From Chiloscyllium plagiosum (Eukaryota), in the NCBI RefSeq assembly GCF_004010195.1, contig NC_057755.1, forward strand, positions 4,364,072-4,400,167: DNA of 36,096 bases, written 5' to 3'. Position numbers and translations under genes: made by a program. Below, in pieces: positions 11,998 to 24,867 of this stretch; within the stretch, counting starts at the first letter, position 1, and the number at the start of each line of letters is the position of its first letter. The notes under the pieces were generated by a model that was not told where the DNA came from, did not search any database, and worked only from the letters and a program-made list of their open reading frames with translations.

Positions 11998-12497
11998 NNN
12001 NNNNNNNNNNNNNNNNNNNNNNNNNNNNNNNNNNNNNNNNNNNNNNNNNNNNNNNNNNNNNNNNNNNNNNNNNNNNNNNNNNNNNNNNNNNNNNNNNNNN
12101 NNNNNNNNNNNNNNNNNNNNNNNNNNNNNNNNNNNNNNNNNNNNNNNNNNNNNNNNNNNNNNNNNNNNNNNNNNNNNNNNNNNNNNNNNNNNNNNNNNNN
12201 NNNNNNNNNNNNNNNNNNNNNNNNNNNNNNNNNNNNNNNNNNNNNNNNNNNNNNNNNNNNNNNNNNNNNNNNNNNNNNNNNNNNNNNNNNNNNNNNNNNN
12301 NNNNNNNNNNNNNNNNNNNNNNNNNNNNNNNNNNNNNNNNNNNNNNNNNNNNNNNNNNNNNNNNNNNNNNNNNNNNNNNNNNNNNNNNNNNNNNNNNNNN
12401 NNNNNNNNNNNNNNNNNNNNNNNNNNNNNNNNNNNNNNNNNNNNNNNNNNNNNNNNNNNNNNNNNNNNNNNNNNNNNNNNNNNNNNNNNNNNNNNNN
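11998..12497. other. Assembly gap (500 N)
   Basis: Exactly 500 N, probably a fixed scaffolding placeholder. Confidence 1.
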
Positions 12498-12630
12498 AAT
12501 AAAAGCTTTTGAAGGGCTTTTGCCCGAAACGTCGATTTTGCTGCTCGTCGGATGCTGCCTGAATTGCTGTGCTCTTCCAGCACCACTGATCCAGAATCTG
12601 GTTTCCAGCATCTGCAGTCATTGTTTTTAC
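12498..12630 (+). mobile_element. Penelope-like terminal repeat inserted into the SINE of copy B
   Basis: gaagggcttttgcccgaaacgtcga...gatgctgcctgaattgctgtgctcttccagc abuts the SINE body at 12632; absent from the equivalent position in copy A. Confidence 0.7.
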
Positions 12631-12631
12631 C

Positions 12632-12860
12632 TCTGTCCTTGGGTGGCTGGCTGTGTGGAGTTAGCACATTCTTCTTGTGTATGTGTGTGTTTCCTTTCAC
12701 ATTCCAAAAGATGCGCAGGTCAGGTGAATTGGCAATGCTAAATTGCCCAAAGTGTTAGTTACGTTATTCACAGGTGAAGTAGGAAAATGAATAGGGGTGG
12801 GTCTATCTTCAGGTGCACTTGCTGAGCCAAAGGGCCTGCTTCCACGCTGTTGGGAATCCA
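12632..12860 (+). mobile_element. HE1-like SINE, duplicated copy of 8099-8328
   Basis: Near-identical to the SINE body in copy A. Confidence 0.75.
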
Positions 12861-13635
12861 ATTTAAAAAAAAAAATCAGATCCTTTCCTGCTTTACAGTG
12901 TTCTCAAAATATCTAATTCAATACATCCGAATCATCCTCTTCATCATCAAAATCCAAACTGTTGAATACTTCAATAGCTTCATCTTCTCCATTTCTTTTC
13001 TGAAATGCCGTTTGACATGAGGTAGAGCTGGTGGAAAATTTGTGTTTCTTCTATTGTTCGGAACATGCACCAGGGATGAAGTGATAACATTGAGAGTGAG
13101 TGCTGAACGTACAGTAAGAGACAGATAAGTTAGATTCGAGGACAAGTTGCCTTGACCAAACAAAAGCGTATGTACGCTTTCTTATGCATAGATGAGGTAC
13201 CCGAGAAATTAGGGAAACATCTATAAAAGTGAACAAATAAAACTGGTTTTCGAATATTTGAATGGGGAGTGCACCAATCCCAGAAATGTTACAATACTAG
13301 GACGATGCACCAAGTTGATATAGCAAGCTGCAAATCCATCTCCAACACAGGGGGTGCGATTTTAGTTTGGGGGAGTTGAAAGAGACTGTCCCACAGTCTT
13401 GCCCCTCCATGTTGCTCAGACTGGGAGGCTCTCAGGTGAACTTATGTGCATCATTGAAGCAACAATTGGAACATTAAGCAGTTCTTAGTATCGAAGACGC
13501 GTGAACTGCTTGGAGTGCAACGCAGAAAATTGGATAAGGGAATCGAAATGCATACAGGTACAATGGACCAATTGGCCGCTTCTGTGCCACAACATTCTAT
13601 CATTCTGTGATCTCTTCTTCTCTCTCTTGAACCAG

Positions 13636-13754
13636 GTCTGCCATTCCGCTGTGGAAAAGACAAAGGGAGCTGCAGACTGAGCACGTGTGCAGAGAATGAG
13701 TTCGAAATTAATGGGAAGTGTCTCTTGTTCTTCAACTGTTGCAAGAGCTTGTGA
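13636..13754 (+). CDS. Beta-defensin-like mature-peptide exon with intact six-cysteine motif
   Basis: Acceptor tctcttcttctctctcttgaaccag|, phase 1. Reads (G)LPFRCGKDKGSCRLSTCAENEFEINGKCLLFFNCCKSL*, i.e. C-X6-C-X4-C-X10-C-X5-CC with GxC at C2 and C4 and Glu after C3. Stop 13752-13754, alternative phase-2 donor gtgagt at 13751, AATAAA at 13869. Confidence 0.85.
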
Positions 13755-13868
13755 GTTCCAACTGGGAAAGCATGGCCAAAGCGAAGCTCTGTTTGATGCT
13801 AAATGCTGTCACTCCTCAGTTGTGTCAGCAGCAATGTGTGACAAGCTCACTCTTCTTGCATTGACTTG

Positions 13869-13874
13869 AATAAA
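13869..13874 (+). promoter_or_regulatory. Polyadenylation signal candidate for the defensin-like gene
   Basis: AATAAA about 115 nt after the stop, followed by a T/GT-rich tract (ttctgttctgtgttc); ATTAAA at the same place in copy A. Confidence 0.55.
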
Positions 13875-14149
13875 ACTCACTGCATTCATGATCACTTCTG
13901 TTCTGTGTTCATTTCTCATGGAGAGAACACCATCCCGTCTTTGTTTTGAAAGAAAGCCCATCTGGTCCAAGATTCTCTCACAAGCAGAAACAACTTATCA
14001 GCACCTACCCTGTCGTGTACCCGAAGAATCTTGCATGATTCAACTAGGTACTAACTCAGTTTTCTAAACTCTGATGGGTACAGGTCCAGCCCTACTCAAC
14101 CATTCCTCATCAGACATTCCCTCCATTCCTGGGATCAGTCTGATAACCA

Positions 14150-15025
14150 TCATAAGTTTAAAGGTAGGGGTGTTCACCATTGACTGCACAATGTTGAGCA
14201 CCATTTGCAAATTCACAGATACTGAAATAGTTTATGTTCAAATGCAACAAAATCTGAAAACCATCCAGACTCGGGCAGTGATACTTGCTCGTCATTACCA
14301 TACAATGACCATCTCAAATAAGAGACAATGTAACCAACTCCACATGAAACTTGATGGTGCAATCTTCATTCAATCCACCACTATCAACTCCCTCGGGCTT
14401 ATCATTGACCAGAAACTCAAGTGAACTCACCAATAAACCCTGTGGTTACAAGAGCATGTCAGAGGTTAAGAAAACTGTGACAAGTAACACCCAAAGTCTG
14501 TGCACCAACTACAAGGCACAAGTCAGAAATGTGTTGAGATATTCTCCATTTGCCGGGGTGAGTGCAGTTCCAGCAACAAGCAAGAAGCTCGACAAGATCC
14601 AGGACAAAGCAGACCACTTGACATCCACAAACATCCAATCACTCTTTCACTGACACTCAGTAGCAGTAGTGTGTAATAGCTGCAAGACAGCACTGCAGAA
14701 AATCACCAAATATCCTTAGACAGGATCTGCCAATACGCTTTCATTGTGAAAGACAAGGATAATTGCTAAATTGGAACACTACCACTTGCAAGTTTACTAT
14801 GAAGCCATTCAGCACCCTGATTTGAAAATATATAGTCTTTCCTTCACTGTTGCTGGGTCAAAGCAGAGGAGTTCTCTCCCTTAAGACATTTTGCATCTCC
14901 CTACGGCACATGGAATGTGACGACTCAAGAAAACAACTCAATCAACATTTCCAAGTCACCCAGAAACAGGCAATATATGCTGGGCCCAGTCAGCAATGCT
15001 CATGTCGCATGAGTGAATTAAATGC
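14150..15025 (+). mobile_element. Decayed non-LTR retrotransposon RT fragment (duplicate of 9610-10470)
   Basis: ORF 14074-14424: VGVFTIDCTML...INSLGLIIDQKLK. Confidence 0.75.
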
Positions 15026-15420
15026 GAACTTCCCTCCCTGGCAGTGCATTCCAGATCTCTGCTGTCTTCATTGCGCCCCATGCTCCCAGTAAAAACAATT
15101 CTTCCTTCAATCCATTCTAAATCTCTTACCTATCACTTTAACATGGTGCCCCTATGTTACTGAACCTTCGATTAAGGAAAGGGATGCTCGCTATCCACCC
15201 TGTGCACACACCTCAGAATCTTCCAGACATTTATCAGCTGTCCCCTCGACCCTCTTTGCTCTAATAATCTCCCTTCATCACTGCATTGCTCCCCTCCAAG
15301 CTACATCTTGACGAATGATCTCTGCATTTCCTCCAATGCAGTCACAGTTTAAAATCTCACAACCCCGGGTTATCATCCAACAGGTTTATTTGGAAGCACT
15401 AGCTTTCAGAGAGCTACTCC

Positions 15421-16992
15421 TTCATCACGTGCTTGTGGTGTAGGACCATAAGTGTACATACTCCACAACCACCTGAAGAAGGAGTGGCGCTCTGAAACCT
15501 GTTGGACGATAATTGGCGTTGTGTGATTTTTAACTTTGTCCTCCCCAGTCCAACATCGGTTCCTCCACATCAATATAGCCACATCCATCTATAGTGTGGT
15601 CACTAGAACTTCACGCAGTTCTCCAGTTGTGACCTAACCAATGTCCTGTAAATCTCCAAGGTAACTTCCCTGCTCTCATAATCAACGCCTCGACTGATAA
15701 AGACAAGCATAGCCTTTGCCTTCTTAACTATCAAATAGTGTATGGTTGCAACTTCAGATTCTGTGGACAAACACCCCAAAATCCCTCTGTTCCACTGACA
15801 TTCCTGGTCTCCTACCATTCATTGAGTACTCTCGAGTCATGTTACTTATTTCAATGTTCATGAATCCACATTTATCAGGGTTAAATTCCACCCACCACTC
15901 TTTTTTTGGGTTGGCGGTTTGCCTTATTAACAGGGAGAGAGAGGATGTCAGAAAATGGTAATGTCATCGCTTGGAAAAGTAATGGTCCAGGTTGGAATGT
16001 CATCATTCCTGGGGATGGTTGTCTCCCACCAAAGTGTGGCAGCATTCGAGTGCTGCTGATCCTGGGAAGTCTCCGAAATTGATTGCAGCCTCTACCTCAT
16101 ATCTTCAGCTCAAAAACAGAAAAGCGAACATTCTACAACGATTGAAGTCGACATTTCTCCGTCACCATCACATGATGTAGCCCTCAGGGTGATGAAGTGC
16201 ACGGCGTTCATCAGGTGCTTGTGGTGTCGGACCATAAGTGTACATACTCCACAACCACCTGAAGAAGGAGTGGCGCTCTGAAACCTGTTGGACTGTAATT
16301 GGCGTTGTGTGATTTTTAACTTTGTCCTCCCCAGTCCAACATCGGTTCCTCCACATCAATGCAGCCACATCCATCTATCGTGTGGTCACCAGAACTTCAC
16401 GCAGTTCTCCAGTTGTGACATAACCAATGTCCTGAAAATCTCCAAGGTAACTTCCCTGCTCTCATAATCAACGCCTCGACTGATAAAGACAAGCACAGCC
16501 TTTGCCTTCTTAACTATCTAATAGTGTATGGTTGCAACTTCAGGTTCTGTGGACAAACACCCCAAAATCCCTCTGTTCCACTGACATTCCTGGTCTCCTA
16601 CCATTCATTGAGTACTCTCGAGTCATGTTACTTATTTCAATGTTCATGAAGCCACATTTATCAGGGTTAAATTCCAACCACCACTCTTTTTTTGGGTTGG
16701 CGGTTTGCCTTATTAACAGGGAGAGAGAGGATGTCAGAAAATGGTAATGTCATCGCTTGGAAAAGTAATGGTCCAGGTTGGAATGTCATTATTCCTGGGG
16801 ATGGTTGTCTCCCACCAAAGTGTGGCAGCATCCGAGTGCTGCTGATCCTGGGAAGTCTCCGAAATTGATTGCAGCCTCGACCTCATATCTTCAGCTCAAA
16901 AATAGAAAAGCGAACATTCTACAACGATTGAAGTCGACATTTCTCTGTCACCATCACATGATGTAGCCCTCAGGGTGATGAAGTGCACGGCG
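15421..16992 (+). repeat. Tandem duplication, 2 x 786 bp (15421-16206 and 16207-16992)
   Basis: Both units start ttcatca and end gtgcacggcg; present once in copies A and C. Confidence 0.95.
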
Positions 16993-17689
16993 ACACAATT
17001 TCGAATGAACCAGCATCAATTACAGAGTCATGGAGGTCTACAGAAAAAAAGGCCTTTTGGCCGATCAAACCACTGTCGATCAAACACAAATCTCGAACTA
17101 TTGTTCTTAATCAATCACAAGTTGTGGGCATTACTGGCTGGACCATCATTTATTGCTTCCCTTAATTTCCAAGACGGCAATTGTAATCAACCACATGGCC
17201 ATGAGTTTGGATTCACATGGATTCTATATTTCCCTAAAGGAGAGCAGTGAACCAAATGGACATCTTTCCCAACAATCACCAAAAGTTTCGTGGTCACCAT
17301 TAGACACTCCATTCCCAATATTTGTTTCATTAAAATTCATTTCCACCAACTGCCAAGGCCTGAATTAAACCAAGTTCCTCAGAATCCTACTTGGGTCTCT
17401 AGACCAACAATCCACAATAATATCACTGAGCCATGTCCTCTCCAATGACCTAATTCCATTCTGATTCCATTTTCCAACGATGGGCCTACAAGCCTGCATG
17501 CCGTGGCAACACAAGTGCACATTGACAATATAAAAGAGTGCAGCATAAGAACAGGCCATTCATCCCATCCCACCATGTCTGTGAGGACCACAATGCCATT
17601 CAACTGTAATACCATCTGTCTGAACATCGTCTGTATCCCTCTACTCACTTGCTGTTTATGAGTGTTCATAAATGGATCTTTCACTTTGT

Positions 17690-18620
17690 GAATGTAACTG
17701 TTTTGACCAACCCCTCTTGCACCATGCTCCAGTCATTAACCATCCTCTTCATAAAAAAACTTGCCTCGTGCAGCACCTCCAAACATTTTCCCTCAACTTA
17801 AACCTATGCCCCGAGCGTTTGACAATTCCACCATGATTCAAAGACTTTGCTTATTCACCCTACCCGTTTCTTTCATAATTTTATACGCTGTTATCTGGTC
17901 ACACCTCAACATCCGACGCTCTCGTGAAAACAATCCAAGCTTGTCTAACCTTGCCTTATATCTAATATACTCTAATCCAAGCAACATTCTGGGAAACCAC
18001 TTATTAAGCCTCTCTAAGACCTCCACAGCCTTACCTTATTATGGTGGCTGGAACAGGACGTAGTACTCCAAATGTGGCACCATTAAATCTTATACCGTCG
18101 TAACATGAAATTCCAACTCAGTGGCCTAACTGATAAAGGCAAGCCTGCCCGACGCCTTCTTTACCACCTTAGCCACTTGCGTTGATACTGGCCTGGAGAT
18201 ATTGGGTTGTACCCTGATATCCCTATAAACGCTGTCATCTAAATACCTCTTCAAAATGATTAACCCTTCTGACTCCATCACCATTACAGCCAGTGAGTTC
18301 CAGATTCCCACTACCCTCTGACTGAATAAAATAGAAATACCGCAATCCCTCTAAATCTTCCATCCCTTCCTGTAAATCTATGTCTCCTGGCCATTTCTGC
18401 CTCCACTGAAGGGAGTAGTTTCTTCCTGTCTACCCTGTCTGTGCCTCTCATCGATACATCTCTATCATGTCCCCTCTGAATCTGATTTGTTCTGAGAAAA
18501 TAATACTCCACTCTGTCCAAACTGTCTTCACAAATTAATCTCTTCAACTCAACCAACATGCTGGTTAATCACCTCTGCCGACATCCACTGTCACATCCCT
18601 CCTATCATGTAGATCCCGAA
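17690..18620 (-). mobile_element. Cluster of CR1 LINE fragments
   Basis: YKARLDKLGLFSRERRMLRCDQITAYKIM and KVVKKASGRLAFIS motifs; mirrored at about 33050-33860. Confidence 0.75.
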
Positions 18621-18879
18621 GTGCACATAATGAGCCCAGAACAATGTTTCATACAGTTCTAGCAAAACAGTTCTCAGCAGCATCACGATTGATTCAGAAC
18701 TTTTATGAAATCCTGAAGGACAGTCTGAGCCTGGGACAGAGCCCTGAACAGCTGAGCAGGAGGTCTGCAAAACTTTGCTCTGTCCACTTGGAAACCTGGT
18801 TCAGGTACAGCCTGTCAATAACTGAGGCATAGACCATATTCTGCAATTCACCCGGTGAACCCTGAATCTTACTTGCCCG

Positions 18880-19290
18880 GCTTGTTTATGAGCATGTTCC
18901 CAGGTATAGAGGAGACTGTCGCATGAGAAGAGATTAAGTGGATTGGCCCTGCGATCATTAGAGTAAGACGAACTTTACTGAAACATATAAGACTATCAGG
19001 GGATTTGACAGGCTAGATAGAGAAAGATTCTTTCCCCTTTTGGCAGACTCTTGGGCCAGAAAGCATCACCTCACAGTAGGGGGTTGTCCATTTCAGGCTG
19101 ATCTGAGGGGAAATGGCTTCTGTCATAGAAAATTAAAACTGCGGCATTCTTTATCACAGAGGGTTGTGGAGGGTGGGTCATTACGTATATTCAAGATTGT
19201 GATAGAGAGATGTTTAATTCGGAAGGGAATCAAGGATTGAGTGGAAAAGGCATAGAAATGGACTTGAGGATGATCAGATCAGTTATGATC
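18880..19290 (+). mobile_element. CR1 LINE 3' fragment
   Basis: tttactgaaacatataagactatcaggggatttgacagg and HSLSQRVVEGGSLRIFKIVIERCL match the CR1 ORF2 end; mirrored at about 32375-32750. Confidence 0.75.
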
Positions 19291-21859
19291 TGATGGAGTG
19301 GTGGAACAGTCTCAATGGGCACTCTGCAGATGGAGAAAATGTCCTCTTTGTGGTAAGGAGACTAAACAACACACACTGCTCCATCAAGTCCCTGTACAGA
19401 CTTGGTTTCATCAAGTCCCTGTACAGATTCAGTGAGGTATCTTGAATCTGAAGTCCAATCCTTTTGCAATGGAGGCCAACTTTCCATTTTCCTTCTTCAT
19501 TGCTCAAGCAGTGATTAAACTGTTCGTTCACAGTGAGGGCAAGCTTCCAAACAGGATGGCAGACAGGATGGCGACTTGTTCTGCTTCAGAGGTAAATATT
19601 GAAGAAAACATTAGCTGTTCATAAGGAATGTGTAACTATTGGGAGACAGCTGATGATGGTTTAACCTGGGGATCACCTGAGGTTAAACAAGATGGGATCT
19701 GCATGCTGTTAATGATTTGGAACAAAGAAGTGAATGTTCTGTGCTCAAAACTGCAGACAGCGTAACAATGGGGCGGGGGTGGGGGGTGGGTGGAGGCAGC
19801 TTGCAAGAGGGGTGAAAACAGTTTATGGAGAGTATTGATAGTTTCAGTCAGTGGGCATAACTTTGACAAATTGTGTACAATGTTGGAATATGTGATGTTT
19901 TACATCTTGGACGGGAGAACAAAAGCACAGATTCTTGAAATGGAGAAAGCTGCAACATAAAGCAACTTGGGAGAACACGGAAAACGAGCAAACGGGCAGC
20001 ATGTGATCAGGAATGGCAATAGAATGTTGGGTCTCATGATAACAGGAGGGAGTATCATAGTATCATAGAGTGATTGGGATTTTTAAACCATGTAGGGAGG
20101 ACCAAAGTATCATTGTGTCTATACTGGTCATGGAAGATTAATCTTTTCTAATCCTATATTCCATCATTTAGCTAGCAGCCTTGCATACTATGGTATTTCA
20201 AGTGCTCATCTAAATAGTTCTTGATTGTTGTGACAATTCATACCTGTTCAGATTTTTTCAAGCAATGAGGTCCAGATAACTCTAAATACCTCGGTGAAAA
20301 AAATTGCTCAAATCCCCTTACCTGATATCTGTGCATATTGGTTACTGACTCCCGAATGAGGGGAAAGAGTTTGCGCTATTTACCTGTCTATATCACTCAG
20401 AACTTTACACAGTAGGACTGCAAAAAGGCATGGGCTTAGGGAGTATTGTGAGGCCAAATGTGATTACTGTATTAGCGCATGAAACGGTTTGGAGAAGATC
20501 ACAGAACTGAGAGGCCTGTGAGTCTCGAATCATTTGCAGAACTAAGAGGGAGTGACTCTGGAGAAGGTCAAAGGGAAAGAGAAGTTCTGGAAGTGTGCAA
20601 GTGCTTACAGTAATAATGATGGAGTAGGACTGCAGAAGGCCAGAAAAAGAGTGGATGCAGGAACACTGGAGGTTAATACAAATAATAAACACAGTGAGGC
20701 TGGAGGATGATACAGAGTTCTGGAGAACTGTAGAGTTTGGAGCAGACTGCAGAGATGGTGAAGGCCGCATTTGCCTCGTGGGTAATGTAAGGGAATTAGC
20801 TTCTGCAAACTGCAAGCTATGGCATAGTCAGGAAAGATCATTGTGGTTGGGAAAGATTACTGAAATAGGGATGTTTCCAGCCTGGAGGTATTGCGGAGAT
20901 ATGAAGTCGTGCAAACGTGCAGAGGTTAGAGAGAAAGATTGGGTAAAATCATTGACAGATTTGAAAACAAGACCACTTTGAAATGCAGATGTTTCTGGAG
21001 ACAATGCAGTTCAGTTAGAGACCACGTGTGGCAGGAGTTACATGGGCAGCATTCATGTCAACAACATAAGGCTTGCTGACATTAATATCATGCCAAGTCA
21101 GAATTTGAAATTTCCAGTAACGATGTGAGAACAGAGAGATGGAAGATTTACACAACAAATGAGCTGATGCAATAATTAAATGGAAACAAACTCTCTTGAT
21201 GCTGAGACCTGGTTCGAAGTTATCTAATAACTCATTTTATAATTTGTGACTGGGATTTTTCTGGGTCAACCTGAGGCAGTTCCCAGGAAGTGATGGAGGT
21301 TGCCAACAGCTGTCAATCAATGACATTGACCCCAACATTGAATACAGTGTCAGTCCCTGGACCCACCTTCAGCTTTCCACCCAATCCTTCTTAATGATAG
21401 TAACCATGACATTTATAATCTGCCCAGATTAGCACACTTCCTCCCATATCCCTCCAACTCCCAATAACCAAGCAGTATCACGAGGCATCCGGAGATACGA
21501 ATACCCCCAACACCAGCTAGTGGTGTGAGAATCTACATTATATTCATAAATAATTGGGATATTTTTTATTGACGTGGAAAACATTTTTGCATCTGCATTG
21601 ATTTCCATTTTGAAAACTGAAATGTTCTTTTGCTTCCCCGAATGCAATGGGCTGGAAATGGAAATAACAGAGCTGGAAGTGACACTTTGGATCATGATTA
21701 GCTTTCCATGATACAGGAGGAAGCAGAGACCCTGCTCCTGCCATTTCAGATCCAATAATCTTAGGTGAATCTTGGCTCTGGCCCTTGCTCCACTGATCTT
21801 TAGACGATGCAGTATCTACAGCTCCTTTACACTGGTCTCCCAAATATGAAACAAAAACC

Positions 21860-21956
21860 AAGATATAAATTGCTGTAAAGACTCAGCAGGTTTGGCATCA
21901 TTTGTGGGAGAAAAATCCCAGTTAATGCTTCTGGTCCAGTGACCCTTCTTCAGAAC
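21860..21956 (-). mobile_element. Penelope-like terminal-repeat remnant with degenerate hammerhead (mirror at 29667-29760)
   Basis: Minus strand gttCTGAAGAagggtcactggaccaGAAGcattaac plus the recurrent tail. Confidence 0.6.
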
Positions 21957-22145
21957 AGAAATGTTACCTCTTCTCCTTGAATTGGGAAACCTGTGTCCTT
22001 ATCTTCATCTTCTTTTCGTTCTCTTGATGTCTGCTAAAAATTCCATCTTCTGTTATCTCTCTGACAGATGTGCATCTCTACAATGGTTACCTTTGGTCTT
22101 GAATGGTCATTTATTACCCCCTAACCACTGGATTTTGAGCTTTTG

Positions 22146-23047
22146 TCAGGTTTGTGCAGTGATTAGGTAAATAATTCTGGAAACTGGATATTTCATCGTT
22201 CTTTTGAACTGAGCTCGGACATTGGATAGAGGCACCATGTAAATATTGTGCTTGTGCGGCAACTTACATTGCGCAGCATGTATCCAACTTGTTCAAACAT
22301 TCAAAGATTTCATGTTCATAATCCGTTAACTGATCTTGGTGACCAAATATATGGAAAACATATAACAGCCAGAGAATTACGAACTTCTCGATATTGCAAA
22401 GCGTAAAATCACTGTCTGAATTCTGCTCTTCAGCTTGGGCTCACTCTGCTCGTCTTCCTTACTAAGACCCCTCAGTCCCTTACAGGCTGGTCTTGGAAAT
22501 AAAGTGTGTGCGACTGTCAGTTCATTGAGGAACACAATGTAAAATAAGGCAAAATAGGGTTAAAGCCACATCAAATGAGTGGAATCCAATGCAGAAGAGT
22601 CTGCAAAGTAGCTGCCCTTAGTCCTGCCGTAAAATAGCCTGTACATGGTTATATTTTTTAGTCTCAAATCTAAAATTAGTCTCAAATCTGGATGGGTGCT
22701 TAAGCTAGGACAAATGTTCGGCACAACATCGTGGGCCGAAGGGCCTGTTCTTTGCTGTATTGTTCTATGTTCTATGTTCTAAAATGCCAAGAACATTTTT
22801 TAAACAAAGCAGAATGTCGATTGTTGACACAAATGCAGTAAACAATTAATCGTACAGTATTTAGTTTTCAGTTTATGGTAACAAAAGCTGACAAAGCGAT
22901 CAAAGGTGAATGTGACAGTGAACTAGACAGAACAGTCAGTGAAAATGACCAGTAGATCTGCTGTTGCCATGGCCACCACATAACGTGTTATGCAGGGAGC
23001 GAGGCCTCACTTTCCTTGGGACAGGATCAAAATCGACATGGAATTTA
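22146..23047 (-). pseudogene. GPR139/GPR142-like GPCR pseudogene, main coding exon
   Basis: ag|TA AAT start: NSMSILILSQGK*GLAPCITRYVVAMATADLLVIFT-DCSV*FTVTFTFDRFV...KGLRGLSKEDEQSEPKLKSR...VGYMLRNVSC...MKYPVSRII. Contains stops, frameshifts, an internal deletion and a CR1 insertion. Confidence 0.88.
22677..22777 (+). mobile_element. 5'-truncated CR1-type 3' end inserted in the GPCR pseudogene
   Basis: gtgggccgaagggcctgtt...(ttctatg)n tail flanked by direct repeat tctaaaat (22669-22676 and 22778-22785); empty site at about 28945 in copy C. Confidence 0.85.
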
Positions 23048-24389
23048 CTGGCAGAATGATAATTGAAAAATGGCTGGGTATTAATGAACACTATATTGTA
23101 TATAAATATCTAAGCAATCTGAATGGTCGCTACAACAGCAAGATAAAATCAGCCAGAAGTTTATGAAAATATGAGCACAATGGTAAATCAGTAAGTTTCC
23201 AATTCCACTGAACAAATTTTGACTTGAATGAAAACAGGCTGCAAATGGAATCTAGAATACCAATCCAAAAGCTATCCATAGAAACATGCAACACTTATAA
23301 CGGTGAACCTACACTGCATCCAGCCTGTGACTCCTTCAAGAACAATTGACACAACTGGATAACATAGTGTGAAAATTGGACAAACCCTATGATAGGGAAG
23401 TGCTAAAAGTTGGACCACTCTTTTCCTTTTATTCATGTTGAAATCACTGGCAAGGCCAGCATATATTGCTATTTGCTAAGAAAGGAATTAAGATTCAATT
23501 ACATTGCTGTGGATCTGGAGTTACCTATAGACCATTCCCTACCTTCTGAAAAGATAGGTGCCTCACGACAGTGAGTTATATTCGGAGGAAAACATGCCAT
23601 CATAGATGTAAAACATCAGAAAAGATCAGTTTTAAATCATTTATCATGGCAGAGCAAAGGAATACTGGGGATGTAAGAGGAAAGTTCTTCCTTAATGATC
23701 GGTTTGAGGGCAGATGTATTTCAATTACAAAAGGATGATGTTCCCACGCAGTGATAATACATGTTGTTCAAATGTGATTTCCAAGCAGAGGCAAATGTTT
23801 AATGTATAAGCACCGTGAAAAGTGAGGGAAGTGAGACCATTGTAATTCTGGTCAAGTGTGAACCCCAGTCATCTGAAAATATGGTGGAGAAAAAGGGGTA
23901 GATAATGTGGGTTAATTAATATTGTGGAGGCACGGAGGTAGAGATAACACAAACAAACTGCCACACTGCACCATTGCCTACCCCTGCAACGCTGCATTAA
24001 CTCGTCTCAATTATCAACAAAACATACTAGAAGTGCAGTGAATTAACACTGAATACTTTACTTTCAATGTGGATTCCTGCAAGTTTTAGAAAATGAATAA
24101 TATGCTGTTCATCATTCAGTTCAAAATGTAAAGATGTATGCAACATGTATAAAGGCAGAAAGTAGAGTTAAACAGTCCCGCCGTGATCCTTCAGCAAAAT
24201 AAACTGTCCAGACATCTATCGTCACTTCTGTGTTATAGATGATTTCTTTTGGACAGGTACCTCAATTGAAAGAAGTGGACGTTCATTTCAGTCCAAGCTA
24301 GAAACATTTTTGCGACCCTGTAGGTGTAGATGAAAGGAAGTAAGAGGGAATGAAACTCATTTACTCAGACAGAAAAGTACCAAGTGCTT

Positions 24390-24867
24390 TACAGCTGCTC
24401 TGCCCCGGACCGTAATAAACTATAGAAAGTTGTGAACACAGCCCAGTGCATTGCACAAGCCAAACTTCCTGCCATTCACTCATTCTACATTGTTGTTGCC
24501 TTAGAACGGCAGCCAACATCATTAAAGACTCCTCCCATCCCATTTAAATCCTCTTCCAAACTTTTCCGTTAGGCAGAAGACACAAAAGCATAAACATGCA
24601 TACCAATAGGTTCAAGAATATTTTCTTCTCCGCTGTTATTTGACTTGTGAATGGATCGCTCAAATTTAAAATCTAATGCTGATCTTGCTTTTTGTGCACC
24701 TTCGTTGCAGCTGTAACTTTATATTCCTCGCTCTGTTTAATCACCTGATGATCTTCGTGTCTTTGCATGTTAAAATCTGCTGTACTACAAGCAAACAAAT
24801 GATTTTCACAGTATACAGGTAGATATGACAATAATAATAAAACAAATCAAACCAAATCAAATCAAAG
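24390..24867 (+). mobile_element. Rex1/Babar-like LINE 3' fragment
   Basis: AANIIKDSSHP...FQTFPLGRR-type C-terminal motif, 3' UTR and (aaatc)n tail. Confidence 0.65.

Larger units (their letters stand above)
12632..23731 (+). repeat. Segmental duplication copy B
   Basis: 12632-17321 matches copy A directly; 14676-23731 matches the reverse complement of 27998-36096. Confidence 0.97.

Noticed and set aside
11829..12700. Long ORFs spanning the gap (also 6025-6573 and 27399-28158)
   Set aside because: Artefacts of N runs
20405..21130. 100-158 aa ORFs mirrored at 30489-31035
   Set aside because: Stops differ between copies; strand-biased composition suggests an old repeat of unassigned family
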